From contig CALCZR010000060.1 of assembly GCA_937903325.1 (NCBI GenBank), positions 210,404-274,403 on the forward strand: a stretch of 64,000 nucleotides of DNA, read 5' to 3'. Position numbers and translations under genes: made by a program. The DNA comes from an uncultured Candidatus Saccharibacteria bacterium (GTDB lineage Bacteria > Patescibacteriota > Saccharimonadia > Saccharimonadales > AWTP1-31). Position 1 is the stretch's first letter; each line of letters starts with the position of its first letter. This document shows, piece after piece, positions 16,703 through 24,953 of this stretch. Under the pieces are notes generated by a model. That model was not told the DNA's origin. It saw nothing but the letters and a program-made list of their open reading frames with translations, and did no database searches.

Positions 16703-19700
16703 ATGAACTTAATAACATCGAGTGCTCAAGTGCTCAAAAAGGCCTTTTATGGCTTAATAGCGATCGTTCTAATAATCGCCATTATGCCGCGGGGGATGGC
16801 GACCGCTGTCGGCCCTAACTTAATCAACAACCCATCGGTAGAAACCGCTGCTTCTGCAACTACTCCGACTGACTGGCTGAACAATGCCTGGGGCACCAAC
16901 AAAGCCACCTTTGAATACCTCAACACTGGTGCACGTACTGGCAGCCGTAGCGTCAAAACCACTCTTACCTCATACACCGATGGCGATGCCAAATGGTACT
17001 TCAAGCCCGTTGCCGTAGCCGCCAACACTAAGTACACTTACGCAACAAACTACAAATCCAACATTGCCAGTGAAGTAGTAGTACAGTTTACCAGCAGCAC
17101 TAACGTCGAGAGCTATCTATGGCTTAACTCTCCTGCCGCCTCTAGCTCGGCATGGAAAGCCGCTAGTTACGACTTCACTACTCCTGCCAACGTCAGTAAA
17201 GCAACCGTCTTCCATGTGATCGCCAAAGTTGGCTGGCTACAAGTTGATGACGTATCTCTTGGCACGACTGGTACAAGTAACCCTATTCTTGCGCCAACCG
17301 TCTCACTTACGGCACCAACCGCTAACACTACTGTTAAAGGTTCCGTAAATATAAGTGCCACTGCAGCAAGCTCAGGTTCAAGCGTTGCTGGTGTGCAGTT
17401 CAAAGTTAATGGTGCCAACGTTGGTAACGAAGTAACTGCAGCGCCTTATACCTATTCATGGGACACAACCAAAGTAACTAATGGTAGCTACAGTCTGACT
17501 GCTGTCGTCCGTAGCACTAATGGGCTCAGCACCACATCAACCGCGCGTACTGTGACTGTTAGTAACCCTATTGCGCCTACAGTATCTATTACCGCCCCGA
17601 TTGCTAATGCAAGTGTTGCTGGTATAACTACTATTAAGGCAACTGCTGCAAGCAGTGGATCCACCGTAGCCGGCGTACAGTTTAAAGTTAACGGTACTAA
17701 TGCAGGAGCTGAAGATACTACTGTTGCTTACAGCTACAATTGGGATACTACTAAAATTGCTAACGGCAGCTACCAGCTAACTGCTGTTGCCCGTAGTGCA
17801 AATGGCTTGACCACTACTTCCGTACCCGTGACCGTAGTAGTAAATAATCTAGTTCCGGTAGCTCCTACCGTTTCTATTACTGCACCAACTACAGGAACCG
17901 TCAGCAAGACTGTAGCTATTACTGCTACTGCTGCGAGCAGCGGATCAAGCGTTGCTGGTGTGCAGTTCAAGCTCGACGGCACAAACCTAGGCAGCGAAGA
18001 TGTAACTGCACCATATAGCCTCGCTTGGGATACGACGCAAATTGCTAACGGCAGCCACGCCCTAACTGCAGTTGTCCGTAGCGCTAATGGTCTAACCACC
18101 ACCAGCGCCGCAGTGACGGTAAATGTCAATAACGTAGTTGTTACGCCTCCAGTAGATACCGAGAACCTGATCGCCAACAACTCAGCCGAAACGACCGATC
18201 CAACTAACAACGCTCGCCCGCAAAACTGGCAGAGCAACGCATGGGGCACCAACACTCCAGTATTTACATACGCCACTTCTGGCCGCACTGGTAGTCGCAG
18301 TCTTACCGCTACTATAAACAGCTACACCGATGGAGATGCTAAATGGTTCTTCGACCCCGTAGCCGTAACTTCCGGTAAGACATACCTCTACCGCGACTAC
18401 TACAAGGCAACTGTTGCGAGTCGTGTCGTAGTGGCCTATATCGATGCGAGCGGCAACTACAGCTACCAAGAAATTGACGGCGCTGCAGCTGCAGCAGACT
18501 GGACCCTATACCAGGCAATCATTACCGTTCCTGCAACTGCTGTTAAAGTAACTGTCTTTCACCTGATCGACAAGGTTGGTAGCTTGAGCCTCGATGACTC
18601 ACTACTACAGGTATATGCGCCAAGTGGTACTACTGACGTAATCCCAAACAGTTCGTTTGAGACTGGTACAACTACCCCTACCGGCTGGACTGGTAATAGT
18701 TGGGGCAATAACACTGCTAACTTCCAGTACATTTCGGGCGATGGCTACACTGGATCTCGTAGCGCTAAAGTTACCGTCAGCAACTACGTCGATGGTGACG
18801 CTAAATGGTTCTTTGAACCTATCAAGACCCTGACACCTGGCAAACAATACCGCTTCAGTGTGAATTACAAGGGTAGTGCTCAGGCTCACCCAGTGGTCTA
18901 CTTCCAAAAAGCCGATGGTACTGAACAGTACTTTGGTATGCCAGTACCGTTTGCGGCTAGCACTACTACGTGGCAGAGTTACAGCGACACCTTTAGCGTA
19001 CCGACTGACGCTGTTTCTGCATCTGTGTTCATGTACATTGCGAGTAACGGTTGGCTACAAACTGACAACTACCAAATCAGCGACTACCACAGCAACGGCT
19101 TTAACCGTCCACTACTTACCCTAACCTTTGACGATGGACACGAAGATAACGCCACTACAGCTTTGCCTCTACTTAACCAGTACGGCTTCAAGACTACCCA
19201 GTGTTTTGCTACCACCTTCATCGAAGGAAACCCAACTGCCGTAGCAGACGTCCTTAAGTTCAAGAACAGCGGTCATGAGATCTGCTCACACACTGTTACC
19301 CATCCAATGCTTACCACCACCGATGATGCTACGCTCGACTACGAACTGAAACACTCCAAGGAGTACCTGGAGAGCATTACTGGGCAGCCAATCCTGAACT
19401 TCGCCACTCCATATGGCGACTACGACGCCCGCGTCAACGCTGCTATCCAGAAATACTACCAGGCACACCGTACCGTCGACGAAGGCTACAACAGCAAGGA
19501 CAACTTCAACCAATACCGCCTACGTGTACAGAACATTCTTGACACTACTTCAGCCAACCAAGTAGCTAGCTGGATTGCCCAAGCCCAGGCAGATAACACA
19601 TGGTTAGTCCTGGTGTACCACCGCGTTGCCAGCAACCCTGGTCCATATGACAGCTACACTACCGACTTTGCCCAGCAACTTGCTGCTATCCAGGCCAGCG

Positions 19701-19756
19701 GCATTACGGTCAAGACCTACCAAGACGCTCTGACTGAAGTAAAATCACAACTGTAA
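16703..19756 (+). CDS. secreted multidomain protein: 3 CBM4/9-like modules, 3 Ig-like repeats, C-terminal CE4 polysaccharide deacetylase
   Basis: Signal/TM at the N-terminus. CBM-like modules each contain SYTDGDAKW(Y/F)F. NodB motifs are LTFDDGHEDN and CSHTVTHP. ATG at 16703 preferred over GTG at 16685. Confidence 0.75.
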   Translation: MNLITSSAQVLKKAFYGLIAIVLIIAIMPRGMATAVGPNLINNPSVETAASATTPTDWLNNAWGTNKATFEYLNTGARTGSRSVKTTLTSYTDGDAKWYFKPVAVAANTKYTYATNYKSNIASEVVVQFTSSTNVESYLWLNSPAASSSAWKAASYDFTTPANVSKATVFHVIAKVGWLQVDDVSLGTTGTSNPILAPTVSLTAPTANTTVKGSVNISATAASSGSSVAGVQFKVNGANVGNEVTAAPYTYSWDTTKVTNGSYSLTAVVRSTNGLSTTSTARTVTVSNPIAPTVSITAPIANASVAGITTIKATAASSGSTVAGVQFKVNGTNAGAEDTTVAYSYNWDTTKIANGSYQLTAVARSANGLTTTSVPVTVVVNNLVPVAPTVSITAPTTGTVSKTVAITATAASSGSSVAGVQFKLDGTNLGSEDVTAPYSLAWDTTQIANGSHALTAVVRSANGLTTTSAAVTVNVNNVVVTPPVDTENLIANNSAETTDPTNNARPQNWQSNAWGTNTPVFTYATSGRTGSRSLTATINSYTDGDAKWFFDPVAVTSGKTYLYRDYYKATVASRVVVAYIDASGNYSYQEIDGAAAAADWTLYQAIITVPATAVKVTVFHLIDKVGSLSLDDSLLQVYAPSGTTDVIPNSSFETGTTTPTGWTGNSWGNNTANFQYISGDGYTGSRSAKVTVSNYVDGDAKWFFEPIKTLTPGKQYRFSVNYKGSAQAHPVVYFQKADGTEQYFGMPVPFAASTTTWQSYSDTFSVPTDAVSASVFMYIASNGWLQTDNYQISDYHSNGFNRPLLTLTFDDGHEDNATTALPLLNQYGFKTTQCFATTFIEGNPTAVADVLKFKNSGHEICSHTVTHPMLTTTDDATLDYELKHSKEYLESITGQPILNFATPYGDYDARVNAAIQKYYQAHRTVDEGYNSKDNFNQYRLRVQNILDTTSANQVASWIAQAQADNTWLVLVYHRVASNPGPYDSYTTDFAQQLAAIQASGITVKTYQDALTEVKSQL
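17291..18133 (+). repeat. three in-frame tandem repeats (about 273-289 bp each) encoding Ig-like domains
   Basis: Repeat units start APTVSLTAP / APTVSITAP / APTVSITAP. A shared DNA block, AGCGTTGCTGGTGTGCAGTTCAA, occurs in units 1 and 3. Confidence 0.8.
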
Positions 19757-19772
19757 CAAAACTCAACAGAAA

Positions 19773-20618
19773 TTACGCAGCAGGTGGGGTGGGTGCTGCT
19801 GGTGCGATATCAAATCGGCTATCCCCAATTTGTTTGAGCATTTGAATCGTCTCAGCAGGAAGAGCACTGTAATACGCTTGCTCAGATGCTGCCAGTGCCT
19901 CATCGGCTCGTGCGGCTAGTTCCTCGAAGGTTTCATGCGGGTTACTAATAGCTACACCTACACAAAGGTATGATGGGAAATCTGGCTCTAGATTAGGATC
20001 TGCATGTAGCTGTTCATTAGCATCTGCTTCTGTTCGGGCACCGATAGATTTAGCAAGTTCTTCGTGGTCCCCTGTGCCATCAATACCAGTCATCAAGATA
20101 ATTAGTTCATCACCACCATAGCGAGCCAAGATATCAGTTGGGCGTCCAGCCTCTTCAAGAGAACGGGCACCTGCCTTAATATATCCATCCCCAGCGGCAT
20201 GCCCCTTATTATTGTGTACTTTGAGATGCTTCAAGTCTGCAAGTGCAAGCCCGATAGATTTGCCCTCCCGTTGAGCGCGTTCTAATGCAGCGGTACTAAC
20301 TTCAACAAATGCTTTGCGGGTTAATAGACCAGTTAACTCATCACGTTGGGCGCTTTCAAGGTTATCACGCAGCTGCTGAGCCTCTAGGCTCCTAGCGAAA
20401 ACTTCTTGACGTGCATCGCCAAGTTGGCGAGTCGTTTGAGTAACGTCACCATGTAACTGTCGTATGACTTGAGTATCTGAAGCAATGCGTAGAACAGCGT
20501 CTGCCTGGTCTCTGTAAACGGGATCAGCTGTTTCTTTTTTAGACCACTCTACGGGAGTAGGATTCACAAACTCACGTCTGTGCTGCACGCCTATCTCACT
20601 TGGTTTTGCTTCGCTCAT
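19773..20618 (-). CDS. GGDEF-domain diguanylate cyclase-like protein (GGDEL variant, RxxD I-site)
   Basis: LTGLLTRKAF..., GHAAGDGYIK, RPTDILARYGGDELIILM. N-terminal coiled region with no obvious sensor domain. Confidence 0.7.
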   Translation of the reverse strand: MSEAKPSEIGVQHRREFVNPTPVEWSKKETADPVYRDQADAVLRIASDTQVIRQLHGDVTQTTRQLGDARQEVFARSLEAQQLRDNLESAQRDELTGLLTRKAFVEVSTAALERAQREGKSIGLALADLKHLKVHNNKGHAAGDGYIKAGARSLEEAGRPTDILARYGGDELIILMTGIDGTGDHEELAKSIGARTEADANEQLHADPNLEPDFPSYLCVGVAISNPHETFEELAARADEALAASEQAYYSALPAETIQMLKQIGDSRFDIAPAAPTPPAA

Positions 20619-20653
20619 GCTTGTATTTTCCCACGAATCATTACGTTAGACAA

Positions 20654-21760
20654 CTAGCTGAATATCCCTCTTCTGGGATTCTCGTTAAAAGACCTGAGGA
20701 TCTCCTGTTGTTGCTTACTAAGTTTAGTTGGGGTATCTACTACTAGCGTCACAATGTGCGCTCCTCGGCCACTACCTCGCAGATGCGGCACACCATGACC
20801 AGATAGCTTAAAATCTGTACCGCTCTGGGTACCAGCGGGAACCTTCATGCGCACGGGGCCATCTACTGTTTGGACTTCAATCTCGGTTCCCAGTGCAGCA
20901 TCTACCATACCGATATGCTCTTCGCTTAGAATAAGGTCACCCTCACGGGTGAAGTGCTTGTGAGCTTTCACTCGTACATGTACGTATAAATCACCTTTTG
21001 GTGCGTTGGCCATGGCTTCGCCTTGCTCACGCAAGCGTATGGTAGCCCCGTCGTCTATACCGGCCGGGATCTTAATAGTAATATCCTGTGTCTTAAGTTT
21101 CGTGCCCTTGCCGTGACAAACGGTACAAGCTTTTTCTGGTACCTTACCGGTACCCTTACAGGTCGGACAAATACTTGCCTGCTGGATATTTCCAAAGACC
21201 GTTTGGGTAACGCGCATAACCTGCCCTGAACCCTTACAGGTATCGCAGGTCTTGAGTTCATGACCTGGTTCAGCAGTCGTGCCCTTACAGTGTTCGCAAG
21301 TGTCTTCTATGTTCACATGGATTTCATGTTCCTTGCCGAAGATAGCTTCTTCGAAGGTAAGATCTACGCTCGTCTCGACATCTCGTCCTCGTGACTGACG
21401 CTGAGATTGCCCGCCCATGCCACCGCCAAAGAAACTACCAAAGATATCACCAAGACCTAGGTCGCCAAAGTCAAAGTTTATGTTCTGTCCACCATAGCCA
21501 CCACCAAACGGATTGCCACCAGGACCGTCACTGGCTGCGCTGGTACCAACGCCAGCATGACCGAACTGGTCGTAGCGTTGTCGTTTACGCTCGTCCTTGA
21601 GGACTTCGTATGCCTCATTAATTTCCTGGAACTTAGCTTCGTCCCCACCTTCTTTATCCGGGTGGTGTTCAATAGCTTTCTTGCGGAAAGCTTTCTTTAT
21701 TTCGTCGTCAGAAGCACTTTTGCTGACGCCAAGGGCTTCGTAGTAATCTCGCTTACTCAT
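20654..21760 (-). CDS. dnaJ: molecular chaperone DnaJ
   Basis: J domain with HPD, G/F-rich region, four CxxCxGxG zinc motifs. Confidence 0.95.
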   Translation of the reverse strand: MSKRDYYEALGVSKSASDDEIKKAFRKKAIEHHPDKEGGDEAKFQEINEAYEVLKDERKRQRYDQFGHAGVGTSAASDGPGGNPFGGGYGGQNINFDFGDLGLGDIFGSFFGGGMGGQSQRQSRGRDVETSVDLTFEEAIFGKEHEIHVNIEDTCEHCKGTTAEPGHELKTCDTCKGSGQVMRVTQTVFGNIQQASICPTCKGTGKVPEKACTVCHGKGTKLKTQDITIKIPAGIDDGATIRLREQGEAMANAPKGDLYVHVRVKAHKHFTREGDLILSEEHIGMVDAALGTEIEVQTVDGPVRMKVPAGTQSGTDFKLSGHGVPHLRGSGRGAHIVTLVVDTPTKLSKQQQEILRSFNENPRRGIFS

Positions 21761-21770
21761 TCATATTATT

Positions 21771-21797
21771 TTAGCACTTGAAGGGCTTGAGTGCCAG
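21771..21797. promoter_or_regulatory. CIRCE-like HrcA operator upstream of dnaJ
   Basis: TTAGCACTT-N9-GAGTGCCAG versus consensus TTAGCACTC-N9-GAGTGCTAA; 10 nt from the dnaJ ATG. Confidence 0.7.
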
Positions 21798-21805
21798 AAT
21801 AAATG

Positions 21806-22357
21806 CTAGTACCAGCCGTACTCCCGCTTGTGTTTGAGTGCACCTAAAATTGAACCGTAGCGATCTTCACAATAGGCTTTGAAGAATCTCATTTGCGTAA
21901 CAGGATTACGACGCCAGTCCGGCCCGAATGGTGCCATTTTCTTAGGAGGTGTAGCTTGTGGTAAGCCATAGCCTACCTCAGCTGATTCGTTTTTTGCTAT
22001 GTAGTCGTCTGGGCAATCTCCATGATGACCTTGCCACCGTGTAGCGCACCAACCTCCCGACTCCTGGCCAACAATTGCATCTGTTGCTGGTTGTTCAGAT
22101 TCTTCAATACCCGCAAGATCCATCACCATATCTTTGTCAGTCACTTGCCCACCATCCATATATGCTGACTGGGGGTCTAGATTAGCAATAAAACCCAAAC
22201 ATTGCTCCACATCTGGCTCATTTCGACAGTACTCAAGTGATGCCTTTATCTGCTCTGGAGTACAGCCAGCACCTACTAGCCCAACAGTCCCCGCCAGCCC
22301 GATTGCAAGCATCTGACGCATGCGACTTACCTCGTAGCCTCCAGATAGTTCACTCAT
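21806..22357 (-). CDS. lipoprotein with C-terminal Apf-like / cell-wall-associated domain
   Basis: RBS GAAGGAG before the ATG at 22357. Lipobox LVGAGC. C-terminus GYGLPQATPPKKMAPFGPDWRRNPVTQMRFF...YGWY. Confidence 0.45.
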   Translation of the reverse strand: MSELSGGYEVSRMRQMLAIGLAGTVGLVGAGCTPEQIKASLEYCRNEPDVEQCLGFIANLDPQSAYMDGGQVTDKDMVMDLAGIEESEQPATDAIVGQESGGWCATRWQGHHGDCPDDYIAKNESAEVGYGLPQATPPKKMAPFGPDWRRNPVTQMRFFKAYCEDRYGSILGALKHKREYGWY

Positions 22358-22602
22358 ATTTTCTCCTTCTCTAATACACGCAAAAAACATATGCGTGTAG
22401 CTATACCAGTGGATAGCAATTGATTAAGTGTCAGATTGTAAGCCGTCTTGTGTGTTGAGCAAGCTCAGCGATTAGGCTTAAGATCTAAACCTCTCAGGTT
22501 TGCGTGGAGCTCTTCCACTCCCTGAGCGGTATTACGTTAGATCGGTTTGACAACATATATTTTGACACAGCTTTGCACTAGAGTCAATAGCTTATGCTTA
22601 CA

Positions 22603-22637
22603 TTAAAAGAGCCTCGACTATAGTACCGAGACTCTTT
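22603..22637 (-). terminator. rho-independent terminator after dnaK and the 77-aa ORF
   Basis: Minus strand AAGAGTCTCG-loop-CGAGGCTCTT followed by TTAATG (one mismatch in the stem). Confidence 0.55.
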
Positions 22638-22657
22638 CGTTTTGCCTGTAATGAATA

Positions 22658-22891
22658 TTACCGGGCTGAGGGGTCTTTGCCCTCTCTAAGGTTAGTGATA
22701 ATCCGGTGAAAATCAGCGGACACACCAGCATCTCCTGGATCCATTCGAGCTTCTGGATGTGCAGCCATTACTTTGGCAAACACTTCCTCTGCAGACGGCG
22801 GTTCTGCGAAACCCCGTTCAGGCTGAAATGCGTCTCTAAACTCCGCTACGCTACCAAAACCATCCGGCAAAGCTCCTTCTGGGCCTCCCAT
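22658..22891 (-). CDS. hypothetical 77-aa acidic protein, translationally coupled to dnaK
   Basis: TAATG stop/start overlap with dnaK at 22891. No recognisable motif. Confidence 0.45.
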   Translation of the reverse strand: MGGPEGALPDGFGSVAEFRDAFQPERGFAEPPSAEEVFAKVMAAHPEARMDPGDAGVSADFHRIITNLREGKDPSAR

Positions 22892-24804
22892 TACTTGCTT
22901 TCTTTCTCGTCAACGACTTCGCCTTCTACTGGCTCGTCTTTGTCTGACTTCTTGTCGTCGTCGGCTTCGTCCTCAGAAGCTGCATCCTTGCTGGCTTCTT
23001 CGTACATCTTGGCACCGATCGGCATAATAGCCTCAGTTAGTTCTTTAGCAGCTTTCTCAAATTCTTCAGCGTCTGCTTTCTCATCTGCTACAACTTTCTT
23101 GGCCACTTCAACTGCTTCATCAATCTTCTTAGCATCGTCTTCGGAAATCTTGTCTTTGTTATCTGACTTCATTTTCTCAGCCTGGTAGATAGCACTGTCG
23201 AGTTGATTCTTGGCCTCGATGCCTTCACGCTTTTTCTTGTCTTCTTCGGCATGAGCTTCAGCTTCCTTAGCCATCTTCTCGACTTCGTCTTTAGAAAGAC
23301 CTGAACTACCCTGGATGGTAATAGTTTGCTCTTTACCAGAGCCCTTGTCCTTGGCGGTTACGTTCAAGATACCGTTTGCGTCTAGGTTAAAGGTCACTTC
23401 GATCTGTGGTACACCACGAGGTGCAGCAGGAATACCGTCAAGGACAAATCGGCCGAGGCTCTTGTTATCGGTTACAAATTCACGCTCACCTTGCACAACG
23501 TGAATCTCTACCTGGTTCTGGTTATCTGCAGCGGTAGAGAATACTTCGCTCTTGCTAGAAGGAATGGTCGTGTTTCGCTCGATAAGCTTAGTAGCGACGC
23601 CACCAAGGGTCTCAATACCAAGAGACAATGGTGTTACGTCTAGGAGTAGTACGTCCTTGACGTCACCTTGTAATACACCACCTTGGATAGCAGCACCAAT
23701 GGCTACCACTTCGTCAGGGTTGACACCCTGCATGGGGTCTTTACCAAAGATCTTCTTTACCTTCTCAATAACCGCTGGCATACGGGTCATACCACCAACG
23801 AGAACTACAGCGTCAATGTCGCTGGCCTTAAGCTTGGCGTCCTTAAGGGCCTTTTCACATGGGATAGCAGTCTTGTCTATGAGATCACCAACAAGGGTTT
23901 CAAGCTTAGCTCGAGACAGTTTGTACTCGAAGTGCTTAGGGCCATCTGCATCTGCGGTAAGGAACGGCAAGTTAATATCTACTTCATTCGTTGTAGACAA
24001 TTCAATTTTAGCTTTTTCTGCTTCATCACGCAGACGCTGCATAGCGGCTTTGTCGTCAGTTACATCAACACCAGAGTCTTTCTTAAACTCATCCACCAGG
24101 TGATTCACAATAACCCGGTCAAAGTCAGCACCACCCAGGTGAGTATCACCATTGGTAGACTTTACTTCAAAGACTCCGTCACCAAGTTCCAGAATAGAAA
24201 CGTCAAAGGTACCACCACCAAGGTCAAAAACAGCAATCTTTTCGTCGCTCTTACTGCCCTTATCGAGGCCGTATGCAAGCGCAGCAGCCGTTGGTTCGTT
24301 AATAATACGCTTCACTTCAAGACCGGCGATCTTACCAGCATCCTTAGTAGCTTGCCGCTGTGAGTCATCGAAGTAAGCAGGAACGGTAATAACCGCTTCA
24401 GTTACTTTACCTCCGGTAAACGCTTCGGCATCTGCTTTTAGTTTGCTTAGCACCATAGCGCTGATCTCTTCAGGGCTGTACTCTTTGTCGCCCATCTTTA
24501 CTTTAACGCCATTGCCACTCTTGACGATTTCGTAGCCCATGAGCTTGAGATCACGCTGCACTTCCTTATCGTTCCAATTTCGTCCAATAAGTCGCTTAGC
24601 TTCATAAATAGTGTTACTTGGGTTGGTAACCATCTGGCGGCGTGCCACCTGACCAACGAGGCGTTCGTCATTCTTGTTTTTGGCTACTACTGACGGTGTC
24701 GTACGAGCACCTTCACTGTTAGCAATAATCTCAGGCTTACCTGACTGCATAACAGCCATGGCTGAGTTAGTTGTTCCGAGGTCGATTCCGATAATTTTAC
24801 CCAT
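22891..24804 (-). CDS. dnaK: molecular chaperone DnaK (Hsp70)
   Basis: 637 aa with [27 protein letters not shown]. Confidence 0.97.
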   Translation of the reverse strand: MGKIIGIDLGTTNSAMAVMQSGKPEIIANSEGARTTPSVVAKNKNDERLVGQVARRQMVTNPSNTIYEAKRLIGRNWNDKEVQRDLKLMGYEIVKSGNGVKVKMGDKEYSPEEISAMVLSKLKADAEAFTGGKVTEAVITVPAYFDDSQRQATKDAGKIAGLEVKRIINEPTAAALAYGLDKGSKSDEKIAVFDLGGGTFDVSILELGDGVFEVKSTNGDTHLGGADFDRVIVNHLVDEFKKDSGVDVTDDKAAMQRLRDEAEKAKIELSTTNEVDINLPFLTADADGPKHFEYKLSRAKLETLVGDLIDKTAIPCEKALKDAKLKASDIDAVVLVGGMTRMPAVIEKVKKIFGKDPMQGVNPDEVVAIGAAIQGGVLQGDVKDVLLLDVTPLSLGIETLGGVATKLIERNTTIPSSKSEVFSTAADNQNQVEIHVVQGEREFVTDNKSLGRFVLDGIPAAPRGVPQIEVTFNLDANGILNVTAKDKGSGKEQTITIQGSSGLSKDEVEKMAKEAEAHAEEDKKKREGIEAKNQLDSAIYQAEKMKSDNKDKISEDDAKKIDEAVEVAKKVVADEKADAEEFEKAAKELTEAIMPIGAKMYEEASKDAASEDEADDDKKSDKDEPVEGEVVDEKESK

Positions 24805-24852
24805 TTGTTGTATTCCTTCTTCTTTTATATATTCGTAGTCTACTTGTTTGAA

Positions 24853-24879
24853 TTAGCAGTGTACTCGTTAGAGTGCTAA
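24853..24879. promoter_or_regulatory. CIRCE operator (dnaK-proximal)
   Basis: TTAGCAGTG-N9-GAGTGCTAA; 49 nt upstream of the dnaK ATG. Confidence 0.75.
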
Positions 24880-24888
24880 TGTAATTGT

Positions 24889-24918
24889 ATCATATAAAAA
24901 CTGGCACTCTCATGTCAA
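24889..24918 (-). promoter_or_regulatory. candidate dnaK promoter TTGACA-N18-TATGAT
   Basis: The -35 lies in the spacer of the distal CIRCE-like repeat, and the -10 lies 10 nt upstream of the proximal CIRCE. Confidence 0.45.
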
Positions 24919-24927
24919 GAGTGCCAA
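24901..24927. promoter_or_regulatory. second CIRCE-like inverted repeat (dnaK-distal)
   Basis: CTGGCACTC-N9-GAGTGCCAA. Confidence 0.6.
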
Positions 24928-24953
24928 TTAATTTTTCTGAGAGTCTCTGAAGA

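Noticed and set aside
17291-18133. Possible DGR template/variable repeat pair or CRISPR-like repeats
   Set aside because: The repeats are in-frame Ig-domain units about 280 bp long and lie directly adjacent. The differences are not adenine-specific. No reverse transcriptase or cas genes occur in the window.
22391-22602. ydaO/c-di-AMP riboswitch upstream of the cell-wall-type lipoprotein gene
   Set aside because: I could not find the conserved ydaO sequence blocks (for example GGGGACCCA or CCCGA). Only generic hairpins are present, so it is kept as an unclassified structured leader.
22706-24376. Several plus-strand ORFs (160, 62, 183, 226 and 74 aa)
   Set aside because: All are antisense to the unmistakable dnaK gene. 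They are shadow ORFs of a highly conserved coding region.
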